Of a stretch of 31,451 nucleotides of DNA, positions 11,489 to 22,963 are shown piece by piece. This DNA is from Paraspadella gotoi (Eukaryota; Animalia; Chaetognatha): the NCBI GenBank assembly GCA_051294375.1, contig CM119264.1, positions 31,469,007 through 31,500,457 of the forward strand, read 5' to 3'. The translations under genes and the position numbers were made by a program. Below the pieces are notes generated by a model, which searched no databases, had not been told where the DNA came from, and was given only the letters and a program-made list of their open reading frames with translations. Position 1 is the stretch's first letter. The number at the start of each line of letters is the position of its first letter.

Positions 11489-13331
11489 GCAGATCCGAAC
11501 ATTGTTTGCTCAACAATTGTTTCTTTTATTTTTTTATATTATTTTCGTTTTTAGTTTTTCTTCTTATACTCTCGATTCCATCTTTCTTTTTTCTAGATGT
11601 CATTTTGTCAATTTGTCATTTGTAGGGCCAAAGTAAGTCAACGAACTTCATCTTTGCGTTTCCTTTTGTTCAGTACTATCGTCTGTCTGTCTGGTCTGTC
11701 CTTCTGTCTGTCCGAGAAAATACGACTCAGTCTGCCTGTCTCTAAAGACTGACTTACGGCATCCATTCGTGAAAAATTATTGCCTAATAATACTTATAAA
11801 TATATTTTAAATATAATAAATTTACTTTGTAATATGTTGTGCAACAACGATTTCCCTATCAATATAAAAGTTAAATAGTTGACTGAATTCAGGACGTTGC
11901 CGACTTTAGTGACAAAAAAGGAGGATGAAGACGAGATGACGACGATGAGACATGGACAGACGACGACAACGACGTAAAATTTATCGGGTGGAGAGACAAA
12001 AGAAGCGACGGTTTTAGGTTGAGAAAAAATTCTGAAAGAAAAAAAATAGAAAAAAGAAAAAAAAATCGTAAGAAAAAAGTAAATCTTCTTCTTTTCGCCG
12101 CAAATGACGAAAATTGGGATCTTTTACCGATATAGAGGAGAGGATAGAAAAGAGAGGAAAAAAGAGCAGGAGAGAAAAGAAGAGAAAAGAGGAGCCGGAG
12201 GAAAGAGAAAAAGAATAGAGAAAAGAAAACGAACAGAAAAGGAGAAGAGAGAAAAGAGAGGAGACGAAAAGAGAGGAGAAAGAAGAGAAGGGAGAGAAAA
12301 GAGAAGATAGAAAAGAATTACTAATAAAAAGAAAGACAAGAAAAAAAGAAAAGAAAAGTAAAAATCTAAAAAAAACAAATTGGACACAGAATCAATATTA
12401 AATATATTTCCATTAAATATATATACTATATATATATATATATATATATATAAATACAACACCCATACTTTTACTTACAGTAGTCAGTTTCCTTACAGTT
12501 TTCTTTTACTTTATATTTTGCCTCCATTATGCAAAATAAAAAAAACGCCTTTTATATCTCATTTTTAGCTAACAAAATCAGATGTGAGGCTTTTTTAACA
12601 AACCTGGTATATTTTTTCTACTGTGAGTATTAGATCTAAAAGCTTCTCTCTTACTCTTCGGCCGTTTTTCGTCTGCCTTGTTGCACATTTTCTTAAGTTA
12701 CTCCTGCTCTCAAGGTTGCCAGTCTTCCTCAGATGGTATTGCCCCATTTGTCTGCCATTTTCCTTTTTTTCTTTTCTCTTCAGACTTAAACTCGCGAAGA
12801 AAATGTTGGGCAAAGACTCGGGAAAAAGAGAGGAAGAATAAAGAAAGAAAGCGATAAGAAAAGAAAAAGGAATAGAAAAGAAAAGAAACAAAAGAAAACA
12901 AAAAAAGAAAAGAAAGAAGGAAAAGAAAAGAAAAGAAAAGAAAAGAAAGAAAGAAGAAAGGAAAGAAAAGAGATAAATTGGAAAGAATTAAATTTTTTTG
13001 GCGACTTTTTTCACAATAATTTTATGACATACTACTTTCATATCTTCTACGAATATACTAATTAATAATGACGTTAACTTGTTCAACTCACAAGGTAAAT
13101 GATCTAAATGCCTCCTCGGCTTTTAGGCCATTCACCTGGTGAACTGAAAATCAGTTTTTCATCTTCAACGTGTGCAAACTGCGCGCACGTGAGCCATTTG
13201 CCGCCATGCGCAGCCGCGAAATTCGCGCGCAGTTTTCGTCGGCCGCGACAGGAGGAAAAAAACGAAGCGACATTTTACGGCCCAGGATGGAGTGGAGTTG
13301 AAGGGAAGAGAGAGGAGAGAGAGAGAGAGAC

Positions 13332-13384
<53 letters not shown>

Positions 13385-14143
13385 TGGGAATTGGGAAGGT
13401 GACTTTCATGGCGAAAAAGCTTCTCTCTTCCAAACGGCGCATGCCAAATTTTTTATGCCCCAAAAGATTTAAGAGAATATTTCTTTGTCCTGAAATATAT
13501 GGAAAACAGAGAATAAACCTTTTTTCTCTTTTTGAACAGGAAAGAAAGAAAAGAAGAGAAAAGGCGGGAGCAAGGTGGAGGGAGTGGAGAGGAGGAGGAG
13601 GTGGAGGAAAGTGGAGAGGAGGAGGAGGTTGGAGGAGCGAAGAGGAAGAGGGTGAGGAAGACGAGAAGGGGAGAGAGGAAGGAGCGGAGGAGGAGGATAG
13701 GGAGAGATAGGGGAGAGGAGAGAGAGGAGGAGGAGAAAGAAGGGGGAAGAGGAGGAGAAAAGGAAGAGAGAGGAGAGGGAGGAAGAGAGGAGGAGTGAGA
13801 AAGAGGAGGGAGAGGAGGAGGAGGGAGGGAGGAAGAGAACGGAGGGAGAAGGAGGTAAAGGGAAGGACGGGGTGAGAGATGGAAGGGAGGAGTTGGACTT
13901 TAGTTTTGGTCCTGAATAGAAAATCACAGAAAACGATACAATGTGAAAAAGAAATAGACCGACAATTTGAAAATATAAACTGAGAAAAATGGGAGAAAAA
14001 AGTTGTTAAATAAATAAGAAAAATGAAAAATGAGGGCTATCAATTAAAAAAAATTTAAACAATATTTAAAAAAAAATAAAACGAAATGACGAGAACTGAA
14101 ATAATAACAGAAACTCCGAAAGTAACTCAGAGAAAACGACAGA

Positions 14144-14175
<32 letters not shown>

Positions 14176-14840
14176 AGAGAGAGAGAAGAAGATATGAGGA
14201 ATGATGTGCTCCTATGAAGAACAAATTTTTCTTTTCCGGAGTCAGAATCTCGTTTCATTTTTTATGAGGTCGCGAAATTATCAAATAACTTTGGCGGAAA
14301 GCATGGCATGGCAAACTACATCGGCGTCGGCACTACGTTGGCTTAGCATGTCGAGAATTCGACAGCTGTATGTCCACACGGGTTTATGGGCCATAACCAA
14401 AGGCATTGGCATTAGCGTGGCAATTGGCATCAGTCCTGCATGAAAAAGAGATCATTCTATTTCAATTATTTACATTTATTAACTTTGACTAAAAAGGAAA
14501 TTTTAAAACATTTAAAAAATAAAAATGTCGTTTCAAACCTACTGGAATAAAACTCGAAAAAAAATCAGTTCTGAAATTTTCGATTTAATTTTTTTATTTT
14601 AATTTTTATTATTAGAATTGTTATGATTCTTTCTTTCGTTGTGTTTTGTAAATAAGGAAAAACAGTTTTTTAAGGTCATCAACGATTTATTATTATTATT
14701 TATTATTCAACTCTTTATTAAGAGTTCCTTGACTTCGCTGAAGAAGACTCTTAATAAGAGTTGAACTTGTCCGACTTAATCCAATAATAAATCGTTGTTG
14801 ACCTTAAAAACTGTTTTCGCCTAATTTTATTTATTTAAAT
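11489..14840 (+). repeat. Direct duplication, copy 1 (copy 2 at 18131-21390)
   Basis: Colinear with 18131-21390 over ~3.3 kb; the differences are mainly 1-2-nt indels. Confidence 0.95.
14738..14771 (+). ncRNA. Duplicate copy of HHR4 inside the duplicated block
   Basis: CTGAAGAAGACTCTTAATAAGAGTTGAACTTGTC; same as 21286-21321 except for lost A residues, including one in GAAA. Confidence 0.5.
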
Positions 14841-14936
14841 CAATTGATTTATATATTTTTTCATAGATCTATTAAAAATTCTGTTTTTTTATTTTTTTTC
14901 GATTTGTTATGATCTTAAATTGAAAGTCAGAAAAAA

Positions 14937-17900
14937 TCGGATCGCCCTACTATAATTAGCGGTAATAAAGCTAATCCGTATCATAAATCACTGGTGAGCG
15001 GGAATTTTTTCTGACTTTCCAATTAAGATTAACAATCGAAACAATAAAAAAACAGAATTCTTGAAGTAGATCTATGAAAAAAAATATAATCAGATTGATT
15101 TATTCAATCATTACCAGGGCTGTGCCGAATACCAAGCTAATTTGGTCACCGAATAATTGACTCAACTGACATTAATTTTTTTAATGGCATAGTTTGTTTT
15201 CGCAAACTTGCAATTAATTTGGTCAGAACTGCATAATTTGGGTCACCGCGGTATAATTGGTCAACTTGCCAGTATTTTGTCAACTGGATATTTTGATCAC
15301 TGAATGATGGTCACTTGGAATAATTTGTCAACTAGGCATAATTTGTGTCAATCAATCAATCAAGCAATCATATCATTGAGAGGAGATAGGAGAGAGAGGG
15401 AAAAATATCAAATAATGTGTCTTTTGGATTTCTAGTTTAAACTCGTATTTCCAGCTCTAGACCACATACTTTCCTCCCAGACACAAAATTTCATTTCAAA
15501 TCTATCATCAATCATGAGTAATTGTGAGTTTTTGGCTGAAGGGGCGGATGACGGACGACAGACGGACAGACAGACAGACGGACGGCGACGGTAACGAGCG
15601 GACGGACGACATCGTGTTTTTTTACTTAATTATGCATAACTCGATTTTCCAACATGATAAGTGAGTGCCGCAGCTACCTGTTTGGTGGAAACTGTCGGAC
15701 CACCAAGTGGATTGATAGAGCCGAAAATCTGCTGATAAGCAGATCGACTAAAAAGGTGTAGAGGAAAAGACATCTGAATGGCTAAAATAGTATAGGAATA
15801 AGGGAAAAAGAAAATATACAGAAAAAAAAGCTAATGCGAAAAATAGAATAATAAAAAAGGAAAAATCGAAAGGAGAAAAGCTAATGTCTATCAGGGGTTT
15901 ATCTTTCATATGTCAGATTAAAAATTGCATTTTCTGTTTCTTTTATGTAACTATTTTTTCTCCTTTTTTTTGTTTATCGTTTTAATTTTATCCCTTTTTT
16001 ACTCTTCATTTCAGTGAACTGTTGTATTACCTAATGACCTATATAAAATGGTACAACCAATGTAAAATTGTCCATTCATTTAATAAATAAAGCTATTTCT
16101 TGCCCCCAGAACTTGGGCAGGCGTTGGTGGTTTAAGGGCTCCATCACTTTACAAAATTAATAACATAGTAGGTGGAATACTTCTCACAGGTTTGGTTTGG
16201 TACACCCAATAATAAAAATATAGCATTGCAATTCCGATAAATAGGATTGTCTTTTTCCTACAAGACAGAACTTCTTTTTCATGACAGCTAAAAAGCTTTG
16301 TTAAACGAGGACTTCTTGAATTTTAAAGCAGTCCAATTCATGTTATTCTTTATCGTCTTTTATTTATTCTTTATCTTCTCTTTTTTTTCTTGTTTCCCAA
16401 ATTTAGAGCTGAGACTTTTGCACTAGCGCTGCTCGCGTGTACTGCCGTTTGAAGATGCCGCTCGTTGTGCCCCTTGAAATTGCAACTAAACCAGGTGCTT
16501 GCAGATTGAAACATCTCCAGTGCGCCATTTGATGCAGCAAGAAACCTACGAAATATAATGCATCTCGTAAGATTAACAGTTTTTCTATAAAGTAAGGCGA
16601 GAGGTGAAAATTGCAGCATCAAAATTTCGAAAAGTCTGGTTCTAAAAAATATCGTGTATGGAAAATAGTTTTTCGCATTAGCCCATATTCTATACATTAA
16701 TACTTAACCTAGAAATGTCCAATATTAAAAAAAAGTGTTTTTTTTCTTAGTTTTGAAAGCAGATTCGAATATACTTACATGGTGACAATTTTTAACAAAT
16801 GCCGTGGTAAATAACGCTCTCATTTGCAAATAGCCAGTTATTCATGTTGATATTAAAAATTATTCTGAGGTAGAATATATTAAAGTCATTTTATGTTTTC
16901 AAATTTTTAAATGTGATTCAGTTAAAGATATGCCTTTGACAATAGTGGCGAGAAAGTTGGCCTGTAAAATCGCGTTTCATTTTCCAACTCACTTTTTTTA
17001 GATTCAATTTTTTTTTCGTCTTACTTTAAGTAAGTTTTTCTGAAAAAAATTGAAAAAAAGAAATGCTGATGAAGACTCAAAAACAAGAGTCTCAAAACAT
17101 ATCGCAATACTCTATAATAAATATTGTTGTAAAATACCTAAAACTTTCATTTTTCGAATCTCTATTCTTATTGAACAACGAAAGAGAGAAAAAATTACAC
17201 GATGCGTTAATAAGCAAAAAAACAAAGTTTTAGAGTTTGTATTACAAAGATTTCAAAGATTACAAAGATTACGAAGATTCATGTAAAATTAATCAAGACA
17301 TGGTTTCGACTTTTGTCTCGAGTCTTTCATCAGTTTTTTTAAATAAAAAATTGATTATAATACAAACCTCTAAAAACTTTGTTTTCGGCTAAAACATCAA
17401 AACAACGAAACGAAATGAATACCACAACTATCAACAATGTTATACAATTTATAATAATTTAAACAGGTGAATATATTAAAAAAATATTTAAAATTTTGAG
17501 ATAATTAACTTTTGACTCTCTTAATTTGAACCAAGGCTGGGCAGTAAGGACACGCTAGTGAAAGTGTACATATCGAAAATTCTAAAAGTCAATTATGAAC
17601 AACATACCATCATGTGAAATTAATTTGTAAAAAAAAATTTAATTTTAGTTTTTAATTTTTGCAGTAGGCCGTATATTTATATATAGTACTGATCCTTGTA
17701 TAAATCGAGAAAATTTCAAATAAGCTTTCTTAATTTTGATTGCAGATTTGAATTCCTCGTCAAAAGGTTTGATAAAAGAAATATAAATCATTTTTTAAAA
17801 TTCTTTCAATTAGCGTAAGAGTTAAAAAATTAAAAGAACATATCGATTAATATATAAAAACGTTAATTTTCAGAGCTTACATTAATGATAGCCTTTTCTA

Positions 17901-18093
17901 AGTTTTTGACGCCACTTAAGAGCGTTGAAGGGAATTTGGTCTTCAAAAAGTAGTGTTTGAATTACTTAGGTAAAAGAAAAACAGCTTTTGTTTTGGACAA
18001 CGATTTAATTGACACAATTTGTTAGTCAGACATGTTTCGGCTCTTCATGTTAGAGCTTCATCAGTGTTTGAGAGATCAATATTTGTCTCTGTT
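14937..18093 (-). repeat. Inverted duplication of ~8478-11498
   Basis: Reverse complement is colinear over ~3.1 kb with many indels. It carries copies of the HINE-like element (14937-15755), HHR3 (17066-17104), HHR2 (17297-17333) and HHR1 (18029-18064). Confidence 0.95.
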
Positions 18094-18103
18094 ATCTCTC
18101 TCT

Positions 18104-18128
18104 NNNNNNNNNNNNNNNNNNNNNNNNN
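18104..18128. other. Assembly gap (25 N)
   Basis: Exactly 25 N, at the end of the inverted block. Confidence 0.98.
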
Positions 18129-18999
18129 AGGCAGATCCGACATTGTTTGCTCAAACTTGTTCTTTTATTTTTTTATATTATTTTCGTTTTTTAGTTTTTC
18201 TTCCTTATACTTCGATTCCATTTTCTTTTTCTAGATGTCATTTTGTCATTTTGTCATTTTGTAGCCAAAGTAGTCAACGAACTTCATCTTTCGTTTCCTT
18301 TTGTTCAGTACTACGTCTGTCTGTCTGTCTATCTGTCTGTCCGCGAAATACGACTCAGTCTGCCTGTCTCTATGTCTGACGACGCATTCATTCGTGAAAA
18401 ATTATTGCTAATAATCTTATAAATATATTTTAATATAATAAATTTACTTGTAATATGTTGTGCAAACGATTTCCCCATCATATAAAAGTTAAATAGTTGA
18501 CTGAAACAAGGACGTTGCCGACTTTAGTGACAAAAAGGAGGATGAAGACGACGACGACGACGATGAGGACGACGACGACAACGACGTAAATTATCGGGTG
18601 GAGAGAAAAAGCGACGGTTTTAGGTTGAGAAAAAAATCTGAAGAAAAAAAAAGAGAAAAAGAAGAAAAAAAATCGTAAGAAAAAAGTAAATCTTCTTCTT
18701 TTTCGCCGCAAATGACGAAATTGGGTCTTTTACGAATAGAGGAGAGGATAGAAAAGAGAGGAGAGAAAAGAGAGGAGAGAAAAGAGAGAAGAGCGGAGGG
18801 AAAGAGAAAAGAGAAGAGAGAAAAGAAAAGAAAGAAAGGAGAAGAGAGAAAAGAGAGGAGAGAAAAGAGAGGAGAAAGAAGAGAGGAGAGAAAAGAGAAG
18901 AATTATAATAAAAAAGAAAAGACAAAAAAAAAGAAAAGAAAAGTAAAAATACTAAAAAAAACAATTGACACAGAATCAATATAAATATATTATCCATTA

Positions 19000-19031
<32 letters not shown>

Positions 19032-19695
19032 CAACACCCAATAACTTTATTACAAGTAGTCAGTTTTCCTTCAGTTTTCTTTTTACTTTATATTTTGCCT
19101 CCATTATGCAAAGTAAAAAAACGCCTTTTATATCTCATTTTTAGCTACAAATCAATACTTTTTTAAAACCTGGTAATTTTTCTTAACTGTGAGTTTAGAT
19201 CTAAAGCTTCTTCTCTTACTCTTCGGCGTTTTTCGTCTGCTTGTTGCCATTTTCTTAAGTACATCCTGCTTGCAAGTTGCCAGTTCCTCAGATGGTATTG
19301 CCATTTTTCTGCCATTTTCCTTTTTTCTTTTCTCTTCAAGGACGTTAAAACTCCGGAAGAAAATGTTGGGCAAAGATCGGGAAAAAAAGAGAGGAAGAAT
19401 AAAAAGAAAGGAAACGATAGAAAAGAAAAAAAGGAATAGAAAACAAAAGAAAACAAAAGAAAACAAAAGAAAAGAAAAAGGAAAGAAAAGAAAAGAAAAG
19501 AAAAGAAAAGAAAAGAAGAAAAAGGAAAGAAAAGAGAATAAAAATTGAGAAAGAAAAATTAAATTTTTTTGGCGACTTTTTCACAATATTTTATGACATG
19601 ACTACTTCAATATCTACGAAAATATATAAATTAATAATGACGTTAAAATTGTCACTCAGCAAGGTAATGATCTAATGCCCTCGGCTTTTAGCCAT

Positions 19696-19773
19696 TCACG
19701 TGAACTGAAAACAGTTTTTTTCATCTTTCACGTGTGCAAACTTGCGCGCACGTGAGCCATTTGCGCATGCGCA
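19696..19773. promoter_or_regulatory. Candidate cis-regulatory module: three CACGTG E-boxes plus an NRF1/EWG-type palindrome
   Basis: CACGTG at 19697, 19729 and 19749 and TGCGCATGCGCA at 19762-19773, in a CpG-rich patch within AT/GA-rich DNA. The copy at 13133-13212 keeps only one exact E-box. Confidence 0.45.
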
Positions 19774-19897
19774 GGAATTCGCGCGCAGTTTTTCGTCGGC
19801 GGCGAAGGAGGAAAAAAACGAAGCGACATTTACGGCCCAGGAGTGGGAGTTGGAGGAGAGGAGAGAGGAAGAGGAGAGAGAGAGAGGAGAGAGAGAC

Positions 19898-19955
<58 letters not shown>

Positions 19956-20702
19956 TTGGAAGGTGACTTTCATGGCGAAAAGCTTCTCTCTTCCACGCGC
20001 ATGCAAATTTTCTGATCCCCAAAAGATTTAGAGAAATTTTTGCCTGAAATATGGAAAACAGAGAATAAACCTTTTTTCTCTTTTTGAAAGGAAAAGAAAG
20101 AAAAGAAGAGAAAAGGGGAGGAGGTGGAGGAAGTGGAGGAGGAGGAGGAGGAGGTTCGGGAGGAGGAAGAGGAAGAGGAGGGAGGAAGACGAGGAAGGGA
20201 GAGAGGAGGAGCGGAGGAGGAGAGTAAGGGGAGAGGATAGGAGGAAGGAGAATAGAGAAAAGAGGAGAAGGGGGAAGGAGGAGGAAGAGAAGAGGGGAGG
20301 AAGAGGGAGGAGAAAAGGAAGGGAGAGAGGAGAAGGGGAGGAAGAAGAGGAGAGGAAGTGAGAAAGAGGAGGGGGAGGAGGAGGAGGGAGGGAGGAAGAG
20401 AAGGAGGGAGAGGAGGTAAAGGGAGGACGGGGTGAGAGATGGAGGGAAGGAGTTGGACTTTAGTTGTTGGTCTTGATAGAAAATCACAGAAAACGATACA
20501 ATGTGAAAAAAATGAAATTGACCGACAATTTGAAAAATATAAACTGAGAAAAATGGGAGAAAAAGTAGTTAAAAATAAAATAAGAAAGATGAAAAAATGA
20601 GGGCTAATCAATTAAAAAAATTTAAACAAAATATTTAAAAAAAAATAAACGAAATGACGAGAAATGAAATAATAACAGAACTCGAGGCTAACTCAGAGAA
20701 AA

Positions 20703-20761
<59 letters not shown>

Positions 20762-21187
20762 TGAGGAATGATGTGGCTCCTGATGAAGAAAAATTTTCTT
20801 TTCCGGAGTCAGAATCTCGGGTTTCATTTTTTATGAGGTCGCGATATCAATAACTTTGGCGGAAGCATGGCATGGCATAGCATCGGCGCGGCACTAGCGT
20901 TGGCTTAGCAATGCTCGAGAATTCGCACAGCTGTATGTCCACACGGGTATGGGCATACCAAAGGCATTGGCATTAGCGTGGCAATGGCATCAGTCCTGCA
21001 TGAAAAGAGATCATTCTATTTCATATTTACATTTATTAACTTTGGACTAAAAAAAGGAAATTTTAAAACATTTAAAAATAAAAATGTGTTTCAACCTCCT
21101 GGAATAAAACTCGAAAAAAAATCAGTTTGAAATTTCGATTTATTTTTTTATTTATTTTATTTATTAGACATTGTTATGATTCTTTCT

Positions 21188-21377
21188 TTTCGTTGTGTTT
21201 GTAAATTAGGAAAAACAGTTTTTAAGGTCAACAACGATTTATTATTATTATTTATTATTCAACTCTTTATTAAGAGTCTTCTTCGCTGAAGAAGACTCTT
21301 AATAAAGAGTTGAAACTTGTCCGACTTATATCCAATAATAAATCGTTGTTGACCTTAAAAACTGTTTTTCCTAATTT
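21188..21377. mobile_element. Head-to-head palindrome of a hammerhead-bearing mini-element
   Basis: AAATTAGGAAAAACAGTTTTTAAGGTCAACAACGATTTATTATT (from 21203) is the exact reverse complement of the arm ending at 21377. The inner arms TTCAACTCTTTATTAAGAGTCTTCTTC and GAAGAAGACTCTTAATAAAGAGTTGAA are also exact. The tail is homologous to the HHR1 tail (AATCGTTGT..AAAACTGTTTTTCCTAAT). Confidence 0.75.
21286..21321 (+). ncRNA. Minimal hammerhead ribozyme motif (HHR4)
   Basis: CTGAAGA-A-GACTCTT-aata-AAGAGTT-GAAA-CTTG-TC: 7-bp stem II with a G-U closing pair and 3-bp stem I TCG/CGA; the helix III loop is not palindromic. Confidence 0.68.
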
Positions 21378-21427
21378 TATTTATTTTAAATATTTAAATA
21401 GATTAACTTCCTGTTGGGCAAGATATA

Positions 21428-21633
21428 TGGATAAGGCGCTAAGTGAGCTGAAGATGACTATCAGTAACTTCCTTAACCCCTCAAGCAGCCAGGGAACGGA
21501 TCCTGGGCTTGGAACCAGGCTTGAGGAATTTCCATGCCGGTTTACGGCCGTCCGCAGGGTAGGTAGTAAGGTATTGAACCTGGTACCTAATGGTCATGAG
21601 CGGATGGATTTATTCAATGAGCCACCGAGTCAC
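21428..21633 (-). mobile_element. tRNA-headed SINE-like repeat, copy 1
   Basis: Minus strand has A-box-like TGGCTCATTGA (21614-21624) and B-box-like GGTTCAATACC (21570-21580). Homologous to 26837-27047 and 25059-25197. Confidence 0.62.
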
Positions 21634-21800
21634 AACTGAGTAATGCTTATAGGCGGATTGAACTTATGCAATGCTCGACTACATATATTTAATATCGTTA
21701 TCATAATTAAACTAAATATCAGTTATCTTGAACTCACTTTTAATTTTTATTTAAACTTAATTTAATATTTTATGATTAAGTAAGGAGTTAAGGATTAATA

Positions 21801-22185
21801 TTAGGTTAGGCATTAGGTTAGGCATTAGGTTAAGAATTAGGTTAAGGATTAGGTTAAGGATTAGGTTATAAATTAAGTTTATAATTAGGTTAAGGATTAG
21901 GTTTAGGATTAGGTTAATAATTAGGTTAAGGATTAGGTTAAAAATTAGGTTAAGGATTAGGTTAAGGATAAGGTTAAGGATAAGGTTAAGGAATAGCTTT
22001 AGGATTAGGTTAAGAATTAGGTTAAGAATTAGGTTAAAGATTAAGTTAAGAATTAGGTTAAGGATTTGGTTAAGGATTAGGTTTAGGATTAGGTTAAGGA
22101 TTAGGTTACGGATTTGGTTAAGGATGGATTAGAATTAAGTTATGGATTAAAGATTAAGATTAGAGATTAGCGTTAAGGATTAGTT
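21801..22185 (+). repeat. 12-bp minisatellite (ATTAGGTTAAGG)n
   Basis: About 30 imperfect units, decaying at both ends. Confidence 0.95.
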
Positions 22186-22663
22186 TAACGTTAGTCATAT
22201 TGATTTGAAAATGGATTTAGCTTTTGGAAAAAAATATTAAAGCTAAATATTAGGTTTAAAATTAAATTTAAGGAAGTAAAAATGAAAATGAGACGCAATC
22301 GGAAAATAATCACCAAAGTTGATGGTCGAGATTGTTGAAGTCATTTTGACTTAATCGTTAGTCACGTTATTGTTTTCCACAACAAAACATTAGACTTCAA
22401 TGACAACGACGACAACAACAACTAAAGGAAAACGAGAATGAAACGATGACCAAAACAACTTTAAGGTCATCAGCCACATCTGGCCCTCCCAAGGGGGCTC
22501 ACCGCCCACTAACTTAGGGGGTTCCACGCCCACTGACCCCTCAATAGTCAATACTAGACGCATTTCTCACACCACACATCACGTCTCTCCACAGAAACCC
22601 AATCGCCCACAGACACATTTCACCACAGGAAATCCACATACCCACAAACTTATCTCAGAAAGC

Positions 22664-22755
22664 CTCTTTTTTTCTTTCTTTCTTTCTTTCTTTTCTTTCT
22701 TTCATTTTCTTATCTTTCCTTATCTTTCTTTCTTTCTTTCTTTCTCTTTGACCTT

Positions 22756-22786
<31 letters not shown>

Positions 22787-22906
22787 TTCCTCCCTCTCTC
22801 TCTCTCTCTCTCCTCGTCTCTCTTGTCTCTCTCTCTCTCTCCTCCTCTTTTTTTTTTCTCTCTCTTTCTCTTTCTCTCATCCCTCTTCTCTCTCTCTCTC
22901 TCTTCT

Positions 22907-22963
<57 letters not shown>

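Larger units (their letters stand above)
10678..11522 (+). mobile_element. DINE-1/HINE-like non-autonomous Helentron element
   Basis: In order: T-run, 5' subTIR AGTCGGATCTGC (10683-10694), partial inverted repeat GCAGATTTCGGCT (10701-10713), (GTCY)n microsatellite (10823-10874), central tandem repeats, 3' subTIR GCAGATCCGA(A)C (11489-11500), short hairpin, terminal TTGTT. This is the established DINE-1 order of parts. Confidence 0.78.
18131..21390 (+). repeat. Direct duplication, copy 2 (probably the true locus)
   Basis: Begins at the HINE 3' end (GCAGATCCGACATTGTTTGCTCAAACTTGTT) and continues into unique sequence after 21390. Confidence 0.93.

Noticed and set aside
19696-20611. 263-aa and 213-aa ORFs and other E/K/R- or F/L/S/P-rich ORFs
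   Set aside because: Translations of polypurine/polypyrimidine tracts; frames are not conserved between the duplicated copies.
20780-20812. CTGATGAAG as a fifth hammerhead
   Set aside because: No GAAA-N4-UH after the stem, and the duplicate copy at ~14211 lacks the CTGATGA.
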